This document shows positions 9,994-17,723 of a stretch of DNA of 64,000 bases, one piece after another. The stretch is from contig CACGHD010000003.1 of NCBI GenBank assembly GCA_902572825.1, forward strand, positions 5,238 through 69,237. The letters are read 5' to 3'. Each line of letters opens with the position of its first letter. The first letter of the stretch is position 1. Made by a program: the position numbers and the translations under genes. The notes beneath the pieces are model-generated. The model was not told where the DNA came from. It made no database searches and saw only the letters and a program-made list of their open reading frames with translations. This stretch comes from an uncultured Prochlorococcus sp. Lineage in GTDB: Bacteria > Cyanobacteriota > Cyanobacteriia > PCC-6307 > Cyanobiaceae.

Positions 9994-10509
9994 TTATTTA
10001 AGAATATTATTTTTGATTATCCCTTTAAACAATCCAGGTAAATCCTCTAAGATATTTTTATTATTTTTTAAAATATCTGGTTCTAGTTCAATACTTTTAC
10101 CAATATCTATAAGAGCCAGATCAAATCTATTTTGTTTTGCATATGAATAACCTCTCATCAAATATAGAATTGGCTTTCTTTCCATATTCAAAGCCTTAGT
10201 TAAATCCTCAATTGCTTCTCTATATTTTTCTATAATTAAGAAACATATGCCTCTTTTCTGAAGTATAAATGTCTCGCACACAAATAAATTATTTTTTCTT
10301 AAAGCCTCGGAATAGTCTTTAATAGCATAATAATAATTTTTTAGAAAAAAATTAATATTTGCCCTGTAGAAATATGCATTACATAAATTTGGACAAATAT
10401 TTATCGCTTTTCCATATTCATCTATAGCCCCTTTGAAATCTTGATATACTTTCTTAGCTCTGCCATTTCTTATATATATCCAATAATCATTGGAAGCTCT
10501 TAATTCCAT
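9994..10509 (-). CDS. TPR protein (paralogue array)
   Basis: About four TPR units, e.g. DFKGAIDEYGKAINICPN; shared C-terminal motif. Confidence 0.85.
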   Translation of the reverse strand: MELRASNDYWIYIRNGRAKKVYQDFKGAIDEYGKAINICPNLCNAYFYRANINFFLKNYYYAIKDYSEALRKNNLFVCETFILQKRGICFLIIEKYREAIEDLTKALNMERKPILYLMRGYSYAKQNRFDLALIDIGKSIELEPDILKNNKNILEDLPGLFKGIIKNNILK

Positions 10510-10532
10510 GAAACCTATTTAACTAATAAGTA

Positions 10533-10560
10533 AATAGTTTTGTATTTTTAAATTGATTCC
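10533..10560 (-). promoter_or_regulatory. Bipartite motif copy 3, GGAATCA-N14-AACTATT
   Basis: 23 nt upstream of ATG 10509, heading three tandem TPR genes. Confidence 0.75.
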
Positions 10561-10570
10561 TAGTTCTTAA

Positions 10571-11659
10571 TTAATTGCTTTTTAAAGATATATTTAAGGA
10601 TATTCTTATAAGATTTTTCATATATTCGGGTACCTCATCAAATATTGATTCTTCGTCTTTATCTAAAATTTTAGAATCTTTTAAAAACATTTCTTCAAAG
10701 TTTTTTAAAGCTTCATTATAGTTTCCTCCTAAAGTGTTAGATAAACCTTTAAGCATTAACAAAAAAGCTAATTGTTGATTTTCAAGTTTTAATTTCAATG
10801 CTTGATTCAAGGCATTCTGTGCATCAATAAATTTGCTTAATTTAATGTATGCATAAGCTTTATTTATTAAATGCATTAATTTATAAACTCCCGAATTGAT
10901 CATTATTATTTTTCCCTTATCAGATGATGTTAATCCTTTTTTGTATTCTCCAATTCTCATATATGCCCATGCTTGTTCTAAATGAGCAATCGCCATATCT
11001 TCATTTTCAAGATCTTTAGAATTTAATGCTTTTATAAAATCTCTGATTGCATTTCTATAATCCTTTGTTCTACTTTTAACAACTCCTCTTCTCACAAATA
11101 TATCTCCTTTTTTATATCCAAGATTAATGGCTAAATTAAAATCTGATATGGCACTCATGTAATTTCTTATTTTAAAAAAACACAATCCTCTATTATAAAA
11201 AGTATCGTAGTCAATTTTTATTTTATTAGCTCTATTAAAATCAAGAATAGCTTTCTTATATCCACCATATTCGTAATGACATACTCCTCTATTGAATAAA
11301 GAATTAAAATCTTTAGGTTCAATTGAAAGTGCTCTTGAGAAATATGGCACTGCTAATTTATATTCTTTTAAACTTAAATAGGCTTCAGCTAATTCATAAA
11401 ATGAAGAAAATCCTGGCTTGGGATTAAATGATAATGCTAATTTTAAGTCCGAAACTGCCTCTTTATAAAGTCCACATCTGTTACTAATTAATCCTCTTAA
11501 AAAATGGGCCTCATGATTACTTTTATCATAATAAGCTCCATAAAGATGTATTGATTTTGATAATTCATCATAAGCATTTATTAATCTATTTTTCTTTATA
11601 TATTCTTTGCCTCTAATAAGATGTGATTTCCAAATGTATATTCTAGGATTTCGTGTCAT
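10571..11659 (-). CDS. Multi-TPR protein; start revised from 11734 to ATG 11659 (MTRNPRIY)
   Basis: Many TPR units; motif copy 4 lies inside the longer call and 23 nt before ATG 11659. Confidence 0.85.
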   Translation of the reverse strand: MTRNPRIYIWKSHLIRGKEYIKKNRLINAYDELSKSIHLYGAYYDKSNHEAHFLRGLISNRCGLYKEAVSDLKLALSFNPKPGFSSFYELAEAYLSLKEYKLAVPYFSRALSIEPKDFNSLFNRGVCHYEYGGYKKAILDFNRANKIKIDYDTFYNRGLCFFKIRNYMSAISDFNLAINLGYKKGDIFVRRGVVKSRTKDYRNAIRDFIKALNSKDLENEDMAIAHLEQAWAYMRIGEYKKGLTSSDKGKIIMINSGVYKLMHLINKAYAYIKLSKFIDAQNALNQALKLKLENQQLAFLLMLKGLSNTLGGNYNEALKNFEEMFLKDSKILDKDEESIFDEVPEYMKNLIRISLNISLKSN

Positions 11660-11682
11660 TATTTTTAATTTCTTAAAATTTA

Positions 11683-11710
11683 AATAGTCCTGAAAAAATA
11701 AAATGATTCC
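11683..11710 (-). promoter_or_regulatory. Bipartite motif copy 4, GGAATCA-N14-GACTATT
   Basis: Back-to-back with copy 5. Confidence 0.7.
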
Positions 11711-11714
11711 AATT

Positions 11715-11743
11715 GGAATCATCTGTAGAGACAAAAAACTATA
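11715..11743 (+). promoter_or_regulatory. Bipartite motif copy 5, GGAATCA-N15-AACTATA
   Basis: 27 nt upstream of ATG 11771. Confidence 0.75.
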
Positions 11744-11770
11744 AGTATTTGAAATTAATAAAAATTAAAA

Positions 11771-11980
11771 ATGGCTAATTGGCATAAGGGCAGCATTAGT
11801 TCTAAAAAAATTGATGTTAAATTAAGGCTTCGTCAAATGTGTGAAGATATAGATGAAATGATCGAATATATTAATGAAGAAGAAGAAAATATTGAAAATA
11901 TTGATTCTTCAGAGATAAAAATTTTAGTGGAGGGAGCAAGAGCAGTTTTAGATTTAATAATTGCTATTAAAAATAAATAA
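11771..11980 (+). CDS. Small acidic helical hypothetical protein
   Basis: 69-aa ORF with its own motif copy. Confidence 0.6.
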   Translation: MANWHKGSISSKKIDVKLRLRQMCEDIDEMIEYINEEEENIENIDSSEIKILVEGARAVLDLIIAIKNK

Positions 11981-12054
11981 ATTTTTTAAAATGATTTAAA
12001 TTTTTATTTGCGAATTTATCTGAATAATAGTTTTTATCATTTAAAAATTAATCT

Positions 12055-12987
12055 TTACTTAAATGATATTTGAAATTTTATACGTATTATATTTTTCAAA
12101 CTTTCTGGGATTAGTTTAATAATATCCTGATTTCTGTTTATAAATTTTTTATCCTTTGAAAAACCTATGTAAAAATCGTTGATAGCATTTTCTATATTCC
12201 CAATTTTAAATTCTGCAAAACATTTATTAATATATAGCCTAGATATATCTGTGATATAGGGTTCATAAATTTCTGAACTTTCATCAATTGCCTTTTCAAA
12301 CATACTTATTGCCATATTGAAATTGCAATATTCTTGATATATTAAACCAGCATGAATATATGCTCTGTAGCAAAAAGAATTGTTTTCTATAGATTTATTT
12401 ATATCAGAAAATGCTTCTTTGATATTCCCACCTAAGTAATATGCTATTGATCTATCAGCGTATAAAAAACCAAGGTAATCTTCTTGAAGCTGATGGTATG
12501 AGCGCGGATGCTGTTTAAGAAGAAATAAAGACCAGCTGAAATTAATAATAGATTCTTCATAATTTTCTAGCTTTCTGTTAAGAAATCCCATTAGCCAAAA
12601 CAATTCAATTAAAAAATCTACTTTTTCTTTCTTTAGAAGATTTTTATCCTCTTTTATATGTTTTGTAAAAATAATAAGAGATTCATTTAAATAATAAATA
12701 TTTCCAAAATCTATTTTGTATGATAAATGATTTGCTAATTCCCATATACCTCTACTATAAGTAAAAAGTTCTTTTAGGATTTTTACAGCATTTTTTTGAC
12801 AAGACATTAAATAATATGTTCTAGCTAAAAATACTTGAATAAAATATTTTTCAATTACATTACTTGGAGGGTTATTTAATGCCGATTTGAAGCTTTTACA
12901 AGCTAATAAATATTTAGATAATTTTAATTCTTGAATACCAATATCCCTATATGTTTTCCAGTTTGGTTTATTTGTCTTCCCCATCAA
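12055..12987 (-). CDS. Multi-TPR protein (paralogue array)
   Basis: LYADRSIAYYLGGNIKEAFSDINKSIE; shared C-terminal motif; ATG at 12984. Confidence 0.85.
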   Translation of the reverse strand: MMGKTNKPNWKTYRDIGIQELKLSKYLLACKSFKSALNNPPSNVIEKYFIQVFLARTYYLMSCQKNAVKILKELFTYSRGIWELANHLSYKIDFGNIYYLNESLIIFTKHIKEDKNLLKKEKVDFLIELFWLMGFLNRKLENYEESIINFSWSLFLLKQHPRSYHQLQEDYLGFLYADRSIAYYLGGNIKEAFSDINKSIENNSFCYRAYIHAGLIYQEYCNFNMAISMFEKAIDESSEIYEPYITDISRLYINKCFAEFKIGNIENAINDFYIGFSKDKKFINRNQDIIKLIPESLKNIIRIKFQISFK

Positions 12988-13020
12988 AAAATTATATTAG
13001 TAAATATTTCTATTGGTTTT

Positions 13021-13048
13021 TATAGTTTTAAGTCTTATTAGTGATTCC
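13021..13048 (-). promoter_or_regulatory. Bipartite motif copy 6, GGAATCA-N14-AACTATA
   Basis: 36 nt upstream of ATG 12984. Confidence 0.75.
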
Positions 13049-13051
13049 TTT

Positions 13052-13621
13052 TTAATTAAAACTAAAATCGAAAGATAAATATATTAGATATTTAAGAGTT
13101 GATGAAAGTTCTTTATCCAGATTTATTTCTAAATTTTGACCTTTCCCTAATTCCATAGTTATTATTTTAAAGTTTTGTCCTCTTAGCTCATCCACTTCTA
13201 CAAAATGTCCAAAATAGTAAATACTTTTTTCAAATTTATCTAATTGATCCATTAATAAAGTTAATCCAATATATTTTGCACAAAATTCAGGATGTCCTTC
13301 AATAGCTATTTTATTTAACCAATATTCAGCTTTTTTAAATTTCTTTATTTTTATATAAGAAAAGCCTAAGAAAATAAAATCATGATCAGAGTTTTTTCTT
13401 AATTGCATCAAATCTTTGGTAAAAAATATTACCTCATGAAATTTTTCAAGATAAAAATTTATACCAATAATTTTTTTTATAACTTCAATTTTAATATTAT
13501 TTGTTGGTTTTAATAAAAGTATTTTTTTGTAAAAATATATAGCTGAATAGTATTCTTTACTAAAGCATTTTGAAACTGCTGTTTCTCTATAAGATGCAAT
13601 TAGAAGAGAATTTTCTGCCAA
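13052..13621 (-). CDS. Degenerate TPR protein
   Basis: EYYSAIYFYKKILLLKP; FIFLGFSYIKIKKFKKAEYWL. Confidence 0.7.
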   Translation of the reverse strand: MAENSLLIASYRETAVSKCFSKEYYSAIYFYKKILLLKPTNNIKIEVIKKIIGINFYLEKFHEVIFFTKDLMQLRKNSDHDFIFLGFSYIKIKKFKKAEYWLNKIAIEGHPEFCAKYIGLTLLMDQLDKFEKSIYYFGHFVEVDELRGQNFKIITMELGKGQNLEINLDKELSSTLKYLIYLSFDFSFN

Positions 13622-13651
13622 CTCAAAATACTTTTTAAAATACGGTATTTT

Positions 13652-13680
13652 TATAGTTCTAAATCTAAATTTATGATTCT
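13652..13680 (-). promoter_or_regulatory. Bipartite motif copy 7, AGAATCA-N15-AACTATA
   Basis: 30 nt upstream of start 13621. Confidence 0.7.
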
Positions 13681-13696
13681 AGATTCGCGCCATTTC

Positions 13697-14779
13697 TTAT
13701 GTAGGAAAAGTATTCTTGAAGTAAAGATAATAAGGGCGCCCTCCTTTAGAACTTCTTTTTTTCCTGCCTAATTTGTTTTTGCAAAATAATTCAGTACAAA
13801 TTCTTCTTGTGTGTTCTGGGTTGGATTTTAATTTTTGAGAAATTTCATTAATACTTAATTCTTTTTTAAATTCGGAAAAATGTGTAATTATCCTATGGCT
13901 TAGATCCTTTTTTGATGATGGAGATAATTTATATTTACCGGCATTTTTGAAAGTGAACGATAAATCCTCTTTATTTCCTTGTATATTCCATTCGTCATCT
14001 TTTTCGCAATTTCTCTTTCCTAAGCATCTAAGAACATAGTGATCTTCAAATTCTTGCTTCTTGGATTTATAAATACTCCAAATATCACTTACAGCACTTG
14101 AAATCTGTCCAGAACCTAAAATGTCATTGATGCTTACACCTTCTCTTTCCGCTTTAGTTAAGTGACTATTTATAACTATTAATATTTTTAGTTCGCTTGC
14201 AAGTTTATTTAGTTCATATAAAGCCCCTGCGAATTCAGGATCCTTAAAGCTATATTTTTCATTGGTTAATAGAGTACTGATGCTATCTAGGAGCACAACC
14301 TCATAACCATTTAGTTTTACATAGTTTCTTAATTTAGGGATATCAAGCTTAACCCAACCATCTTCAGCAAATATATAGTCCACCCCTTCTTCAATTCCCA
14401 TTAAATGGCATTTATTTAAGCAATTTTCCTCTGATTCATCTGCTTGCCACATCAATACCTTACTTTTAATAGTTTCTATCTCATTTAGGAAGTCCTCACC
14501 TCTTGATACTGCATAACCAAGTTGATAAAGAAATGAAGTTTTACCTTCGCCTTTATCCCCTGCAAGTAATACACAAGCACCTCTAGCACCAAATGAACTT
14601 ACAATCCACTCGGTAGGCTGCCTACTTTTCATGTAATGACTTATATCTTTGGGACCTTTTTCTACTTTTTCTATGGCGTTAAAGTCCTTTTTCCTTCTTA
14701 TCCCTGACTGAATTTCATAATTTAAATTATCTCTTGCCTGGGCAGAATTAAGATCAAAACCATATTCATCATTGATCAT
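13697..14779 (-). CDS. AAA_25/RepA-like (SF4) helicase with C-terminal winged HTH
   Basis: Walker A GDKGEGKT, Walker B VLLDS, SHLTK, LGSGQIS; C-terminal HTH. Confidence 0.8.
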   Translation of the reverse strand: MINDEYGFDLNSAQARDNLNYEIQSGIRRKKDFNAIEKVEKGPKDISHYMKSRQPTEWIVSSFGARGACVLLAGDKGEGKTSFLYQLGYAVSRGEDFLNEIETIKSKVLMWQADESEENCLNKCHLMGIEEGVDYIFAEDGWVKLDIPKLRNYVKLNGYEVVLLDSISTLLTNEKYSFKDPEFAGALYELNKLASELKILIVINSHLTKAEREGVSINDILGSGQISSAVSDIWSIYKSKKQEFEDHYVLRCLGKRNCEKDDEWNIQGNKEDLSFTFKNAGKYKLSPSSKKDLSHRIITHFSEFKKELSINEISQKLKSNPEHTRRICTELFCKNKLGRKKRSSKGGRPYYLYFKNTFPT

Positions 14780-15059
14780 TATGATCTCCTATGTTTTGGA
14801 CTTGTCTTAATGCTTTATCCGCGTGATACTCATATCTATTTCCTCTCTTTCTAAAAGCGCCTGCTTGGATTTTTCCAATCATTCTGTATCTACCAACTGT
14901 CTTTGGAGAACATCCAAGCAAAGAAGCTAATTCATGAGGCTTCAACCAAGTCTTATTCCTCTGAGGTGTAGTTTTGATTAATTCTTTAACAGCAATAGTA
15001 AGGTCCTCTACTTCAGCTATTAATCTGCCAATTCTTAATTGATCATTATTTAGAGTCAT
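14769..15059 (-). CDS. Excisionase-like (MerR-type HTH) protein; likely start ATG 15059
   Basis: WLKPHELASLLGCSPKTVGRYRMIGKI..RYEYH; overlaps helicase start. Confidence 0.75.
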   Translation of the reverse strand: MTLNNDQLRIGRLIAEVEDLTIAVKELIKTTPQRNKTWLKPHELASLLGCSPKTVGRYRMIGKIQAGAFRKRGNRYEYHADKALRQVQNIGDHNDQ

Positions 15060-15065
15060 TGAATC

Positions 15066-15313
15066 GATACCCAACTTGTTTGTGTTAGGTATCGGCTCCT
15101 GTCAAATGACTTTACGGAGCCTTTGCTTTACGATACGTTGCCCAACCTTTAGCTTTAGGCATGCTGTAGAGTCTCACTCTCTACTTCACTACGTCAAGTG
15201 ATCCAACTCAGGCTCTTAACCTGGCTGTTTGTAGTCGAATTCCTGGTTTTTCATACAGGTGTAGCTACATAACTAGCTCCAAAGCAAATTGTCTAGTTGT
15301 GCTTGCTGACAGG
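15066..15313 (-). ncRNA. Putative structured RNA/leader of about nine consecutive hairpins
   Basis: GC-richer than flanks; stems AAGCA/TGCTT, AGCTA/TAGCT, CCTG/CAGG, CAGG/CCTG, CACT/AGTG, GTAGAG/CTCTAC, TGCCTAA/TTGGGCA, GGCTCC/GGAGCC, GATACCTAAC/GTTGGGTATC. Confidence 0.55.
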
Positions 15314-15347
15314 TAACTAAAAATAATTCCAGCTCCTATTGTTTTTT

Positions 15348-15375
15348 ATTCTCCGTATATATCGGGCAATGTCAA
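15348..15375 (-). promoter_or_regulatory. Putative sigma70 promoter for the leader-xis-helicase unit
   Basis: TTGACA-N16-GAGAAT on the minus strand. Confidence 0.45.
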
Positions 15376-15421
15376 GATAAAATTTCCTCTAAATATTGGT
15401 ATTATGAACCTATGTTTTAAA

Positions 15422-15443
15422 TATTCGGAACTTATTCGGAACT
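15422..15443. repeat. Perfect 11-bp tandem repeat TATTCGGAACT x2, possible integrase arm-type site
   Basis: About 50 bp inside the att remnant. Confidence 0.6.
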
Positions 15444-15490
15444 TTATTTCCTCTTGCTCTCTAAAATGATTGCAATGACTGGCTTAATAA

Positions 15491-15534
15491 CTACTTTTCA
15501 AGACTAGAGCCTTAAACCACTCGACTACCCCTCC
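15491..15534 (-). repeat. 5'-half tRNA-Ser(TGA) remnant (att scar)
   Basis: Minus strand GGAGGGGTAGTCGAGTGGTTTAAGGCTCTAGTCTTGAAAAGTAG: acceptor 5' strand, D arm and anticodon arm, no 3' half; TATAAT upstream. Confidence 0.85.
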
Positions 15535-15877
15535 AACGGATTATTCAGTTGTTTCTGAACTTTAGAATTATAGTATAAGAAGGTAGTCATAGTCTATTAA
15601 GTCAACTAATAGCAATAGCTTAAACGTGTTAGAAAAAGTAAACAAATTATGGTTGATGAAATATAGGGCAACTTGCATTAATTTGTAGATATTAGTTAGA
15701 ATTAATTGATGAATTTTAAAAATGATCGAAAAATTAAATCTCATCAAATCTCCCTCAGAAATTATAGAAGAAGTAAAATTGCATGATAAAAAATTTGATA
15801 TAGAGTTTATAGATAATTAAAAACCTTTACAAATTAAAAAATTTTTTCATAATTTACATAGTCTAAAAAATATTTCG

Positions 15878-16654
15878 ATGAAATTTACTTCTTCTACCTG
15901 TATTTATAAAAATCAACTAGATATCAGATTATTAGATGAGCTTAAATTTTCTTTCTTTGATTATATAAATTTTAAAGCTAAAAGAAATTCATCTTTTAAT
16001 TTGTATGATATTGAAAAATCAGTTTTTGAATTATTTGATAATAAACTACTAGGACTTACATTAAATGAATTTAATAATTCCAAAAATATAAGTATATTTA
16101 AGGATGAATTCAAGATAATTATTAGTAAACTATTTGGTGAGGAAATTTATGATTTTCCAATTAATGTAATAAGAATTTTTCACCCTAAAATAAACGTCAA
16201 TAAATTAAATTGGCATCAAGATGAAGCTACTTGGAATCATAATTTAAAGCTTAGGAAAAGATATCCTTTTACATTTTGGATTCCCATACTTACATCAGAT
16301 TTCTCAACACTATCTGTTGAAAAATATCCTAGAAAGAAAATTTTTTACCACTCTTATGAACCCTTTCAAGGACGTTTTAAGGGAGAATATAATTCAAAAA
16401 CCAAGGATGATATTATGGTTTGTAAAAATGTTAAGCAAGGGGATTTTGTTTCATTTTCTTCGGCTACATTCCATAAAACATGGATCAAGGAAGAATCTTC
16501 ATTTGATATTAAAAATAAAAATGATAACTTTTTTAGAATTTCTGTAGATCTTAGATTTATTATGCCTAATTCAAATGAATTAAGGAACAATACAAAATTT
16601 TCTAATAGATTAAAACTTCTTGTATTAAAAAATAAATTAGTAAATTTTTTTTAA
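15878..16654 (+). CDS. PhyH-like Fe(II)/2-oxoglutarate dioxygenase
   Basis: WHQD, TFWIP, GDFVSFSSATFHK, RISVDLRF. Confidence 0.75.
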   Translation: MKFTSSTCIYKNQLDIRLLDELKFSFFDYINFKAKRNSSFNLYDIEKSVFELFDNKLLGLTLNEFNNSKNISIFKDEFKIIISKLFGEEIYDFPINVIRIFHPKINVNKLNWHQDEATWNHNLKLRKRYPFTFWIPILTSDFSTLSVEKYPRKKIFYHSYEPFQGRFKGEYNSKTKDDIMVCKNVKQGDFVSFSSATFHKTWIKEESSFDIKNKNDNFFRISVDLRFIMPNSNELRNNTKFSNRLKLLVLKNKLVNFF

Positions 16655-16656
16655 AA

Positions 16657-17535
16657 TTATTTTTTAAATTTTGACTTATCTTTAGAAAATAAACAAGTGA
16701 AATAACCAGGAAAATATTTTTTTTGTTTTAATGCTTTTAAACCCAATTTATATTGTTCCTCTTCATTCTGAATAAGTTTATCTATATTGCTCCCAGAAAA
16801 TTTATCTAGAGAGGTATTTACTAGTTCGAAATTGTATTTTTTAAATAATGGATAAATTTCTGAAATAGTATGTTGACTTTCTAGTGGATGATTAACTTGA
16901 TCTTGATACCAACTTTCATCATTTAATTCATCTCCACTAAATCCTCTTAGAGAGTGAAAAACTTGTTTTAGATATTCTTCCGATTTCTTAAGTTTTTTAA
17001 GATTTTTAAAGTGCTCTAAAAAAGGTTTTCTACCATGATAATGATAAAGTCCTATTAAAAATGAAATATTCTTATTAAATACACAAGCCTTTTTTAGAAT
17101 TATTTCTATAGCTGAAAGACAGTTTTCTGTGTGATGCAGAGAACCATTAGCAACAATAAATATTGAATCATTTTCAAATTTAAAATCATTTTCTGAAATA
17201 TCAAAAACACTTTTCAGGATAAATTCTGTAGATAATTTATATTTATTAGAATATTGAAGACCGTAAATTATTGCTGTAGGATTGAAGTCAATACCTTTAC
17301 AATTAATCTTTCTAAATCCTTTTATTGAGAATGGAAATCTATTAAGTTGAAAATTTACACTATTTATGAAGTGTCCAGGTCCGCAGCCAATATCTATTAC
17401 ATTTCTATGTTTCAAGACTAATTTCTTAACATCTGGATGATAAAAATTAATATTATTCTTTTGTTTGATAAAGTCTTTTTTAATATTAAAAGGTAATTCT
17501 TTATAGAAGTTTAAAACTATAGATCCATTTTTCAT
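16657..17535 (-). CDS. Class I SAM-dependent methyltransferase
   Basis: VIDIGCGPG, GIDFN, GSLHHT, WYQDQVNHPLE. Confidence 0.85.
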   Translation of the reverse strand: MKNGSIVLNFYKELPFNIKKDFIKQKNNINFYHPDVKKLVLKHRNVIDIGCGPGHFINSVNFQLNRFPFSIKGFRKINCKGIDFNPTAIIYGLQYSNKYKLSTEFILKSVFDISENDFKFENDSIFIVANGSLHHTENCLSAIEIILKKACVFNKNISFLIGLYHYHGRKPFLEHFKNLKKLKKSEEYLKQVFHSLRGFSGDELNDESWYQDQVNHPLESQHTISEIYPLFKKYNFELVNTSLDKFSGSNIDKLIQNEEEQYKLGLKALKQKKYFPGYFTCLFSKDKSKFKK

Positions 17536-17606
17536 TCAATTAAATTTTTAATTAATTTTTTTGTATTGAATTTGTTAAATAATAATTCATTTAATCTCTT
17601 AATTAT

Positions 17607-17720
17607 TTACCAAAGGGGGTAATTATCTTTATTTTCTTTCTTATTTGATATAAATTTCTTTCTTTTTTTTAAGAGAAAAATTAAGACTATTAAAAAAATT
17701 GAAATAATAATCAAATACAT
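17607..17720 (-). CDS. Uncalled 37-aa membrane peptide ending DNYPLW
   Basis: MYLIIISIFLIVLIFLLKKRKKFISNKKENKDNYPLW*; starts 3 bp after the SGNH stop. Confidence 0.6.
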   Translation of the reverse strand: MYLIIISIFLIVLIFLLKKRKKFISNKKENKDNYPLW

Positions 17721-17723
17721 TCT

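Larger units (their letters stand above)
1..15534. mobile_element. Right part of a tRNA-Ser-integrated element (tycheposon/satellite-like); left end and integrase presumably outside the window
   Basis: Ends in a 5'-half tRNA-Ser remnant at 15491-15534; excisionase-like HTH and helicase next to the end; non-core cargo. Confidence 0.7.

Noticed and set aside
6085-10150. ORFs 6085-6279 and 9941-10150
   Set aside because: Antisense to the AAA and TPR genes, no motifs
12025-12054. Possible eighth motif copy (minus strand AGATTAA-N15-AACTATT)
   Set aside because: Upstream box is degenerate and no gene start follows
5769-13680. Bipartite motif read as CRISPR repeats, integron attC or dif sites
   Set aside because: Not regularly spaced, no internal dyad, spacer variable, always sense-oriented at promoter distance; no cas or integrase nearby. 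A recombination role is unlikely but not fully excluded
15066-15313. Hairpin region as retron msr/msd or a repeat-spacer array
   Set aside because: No reverse transcriptase or nuclease in the window; hairpins share no repeated sequence
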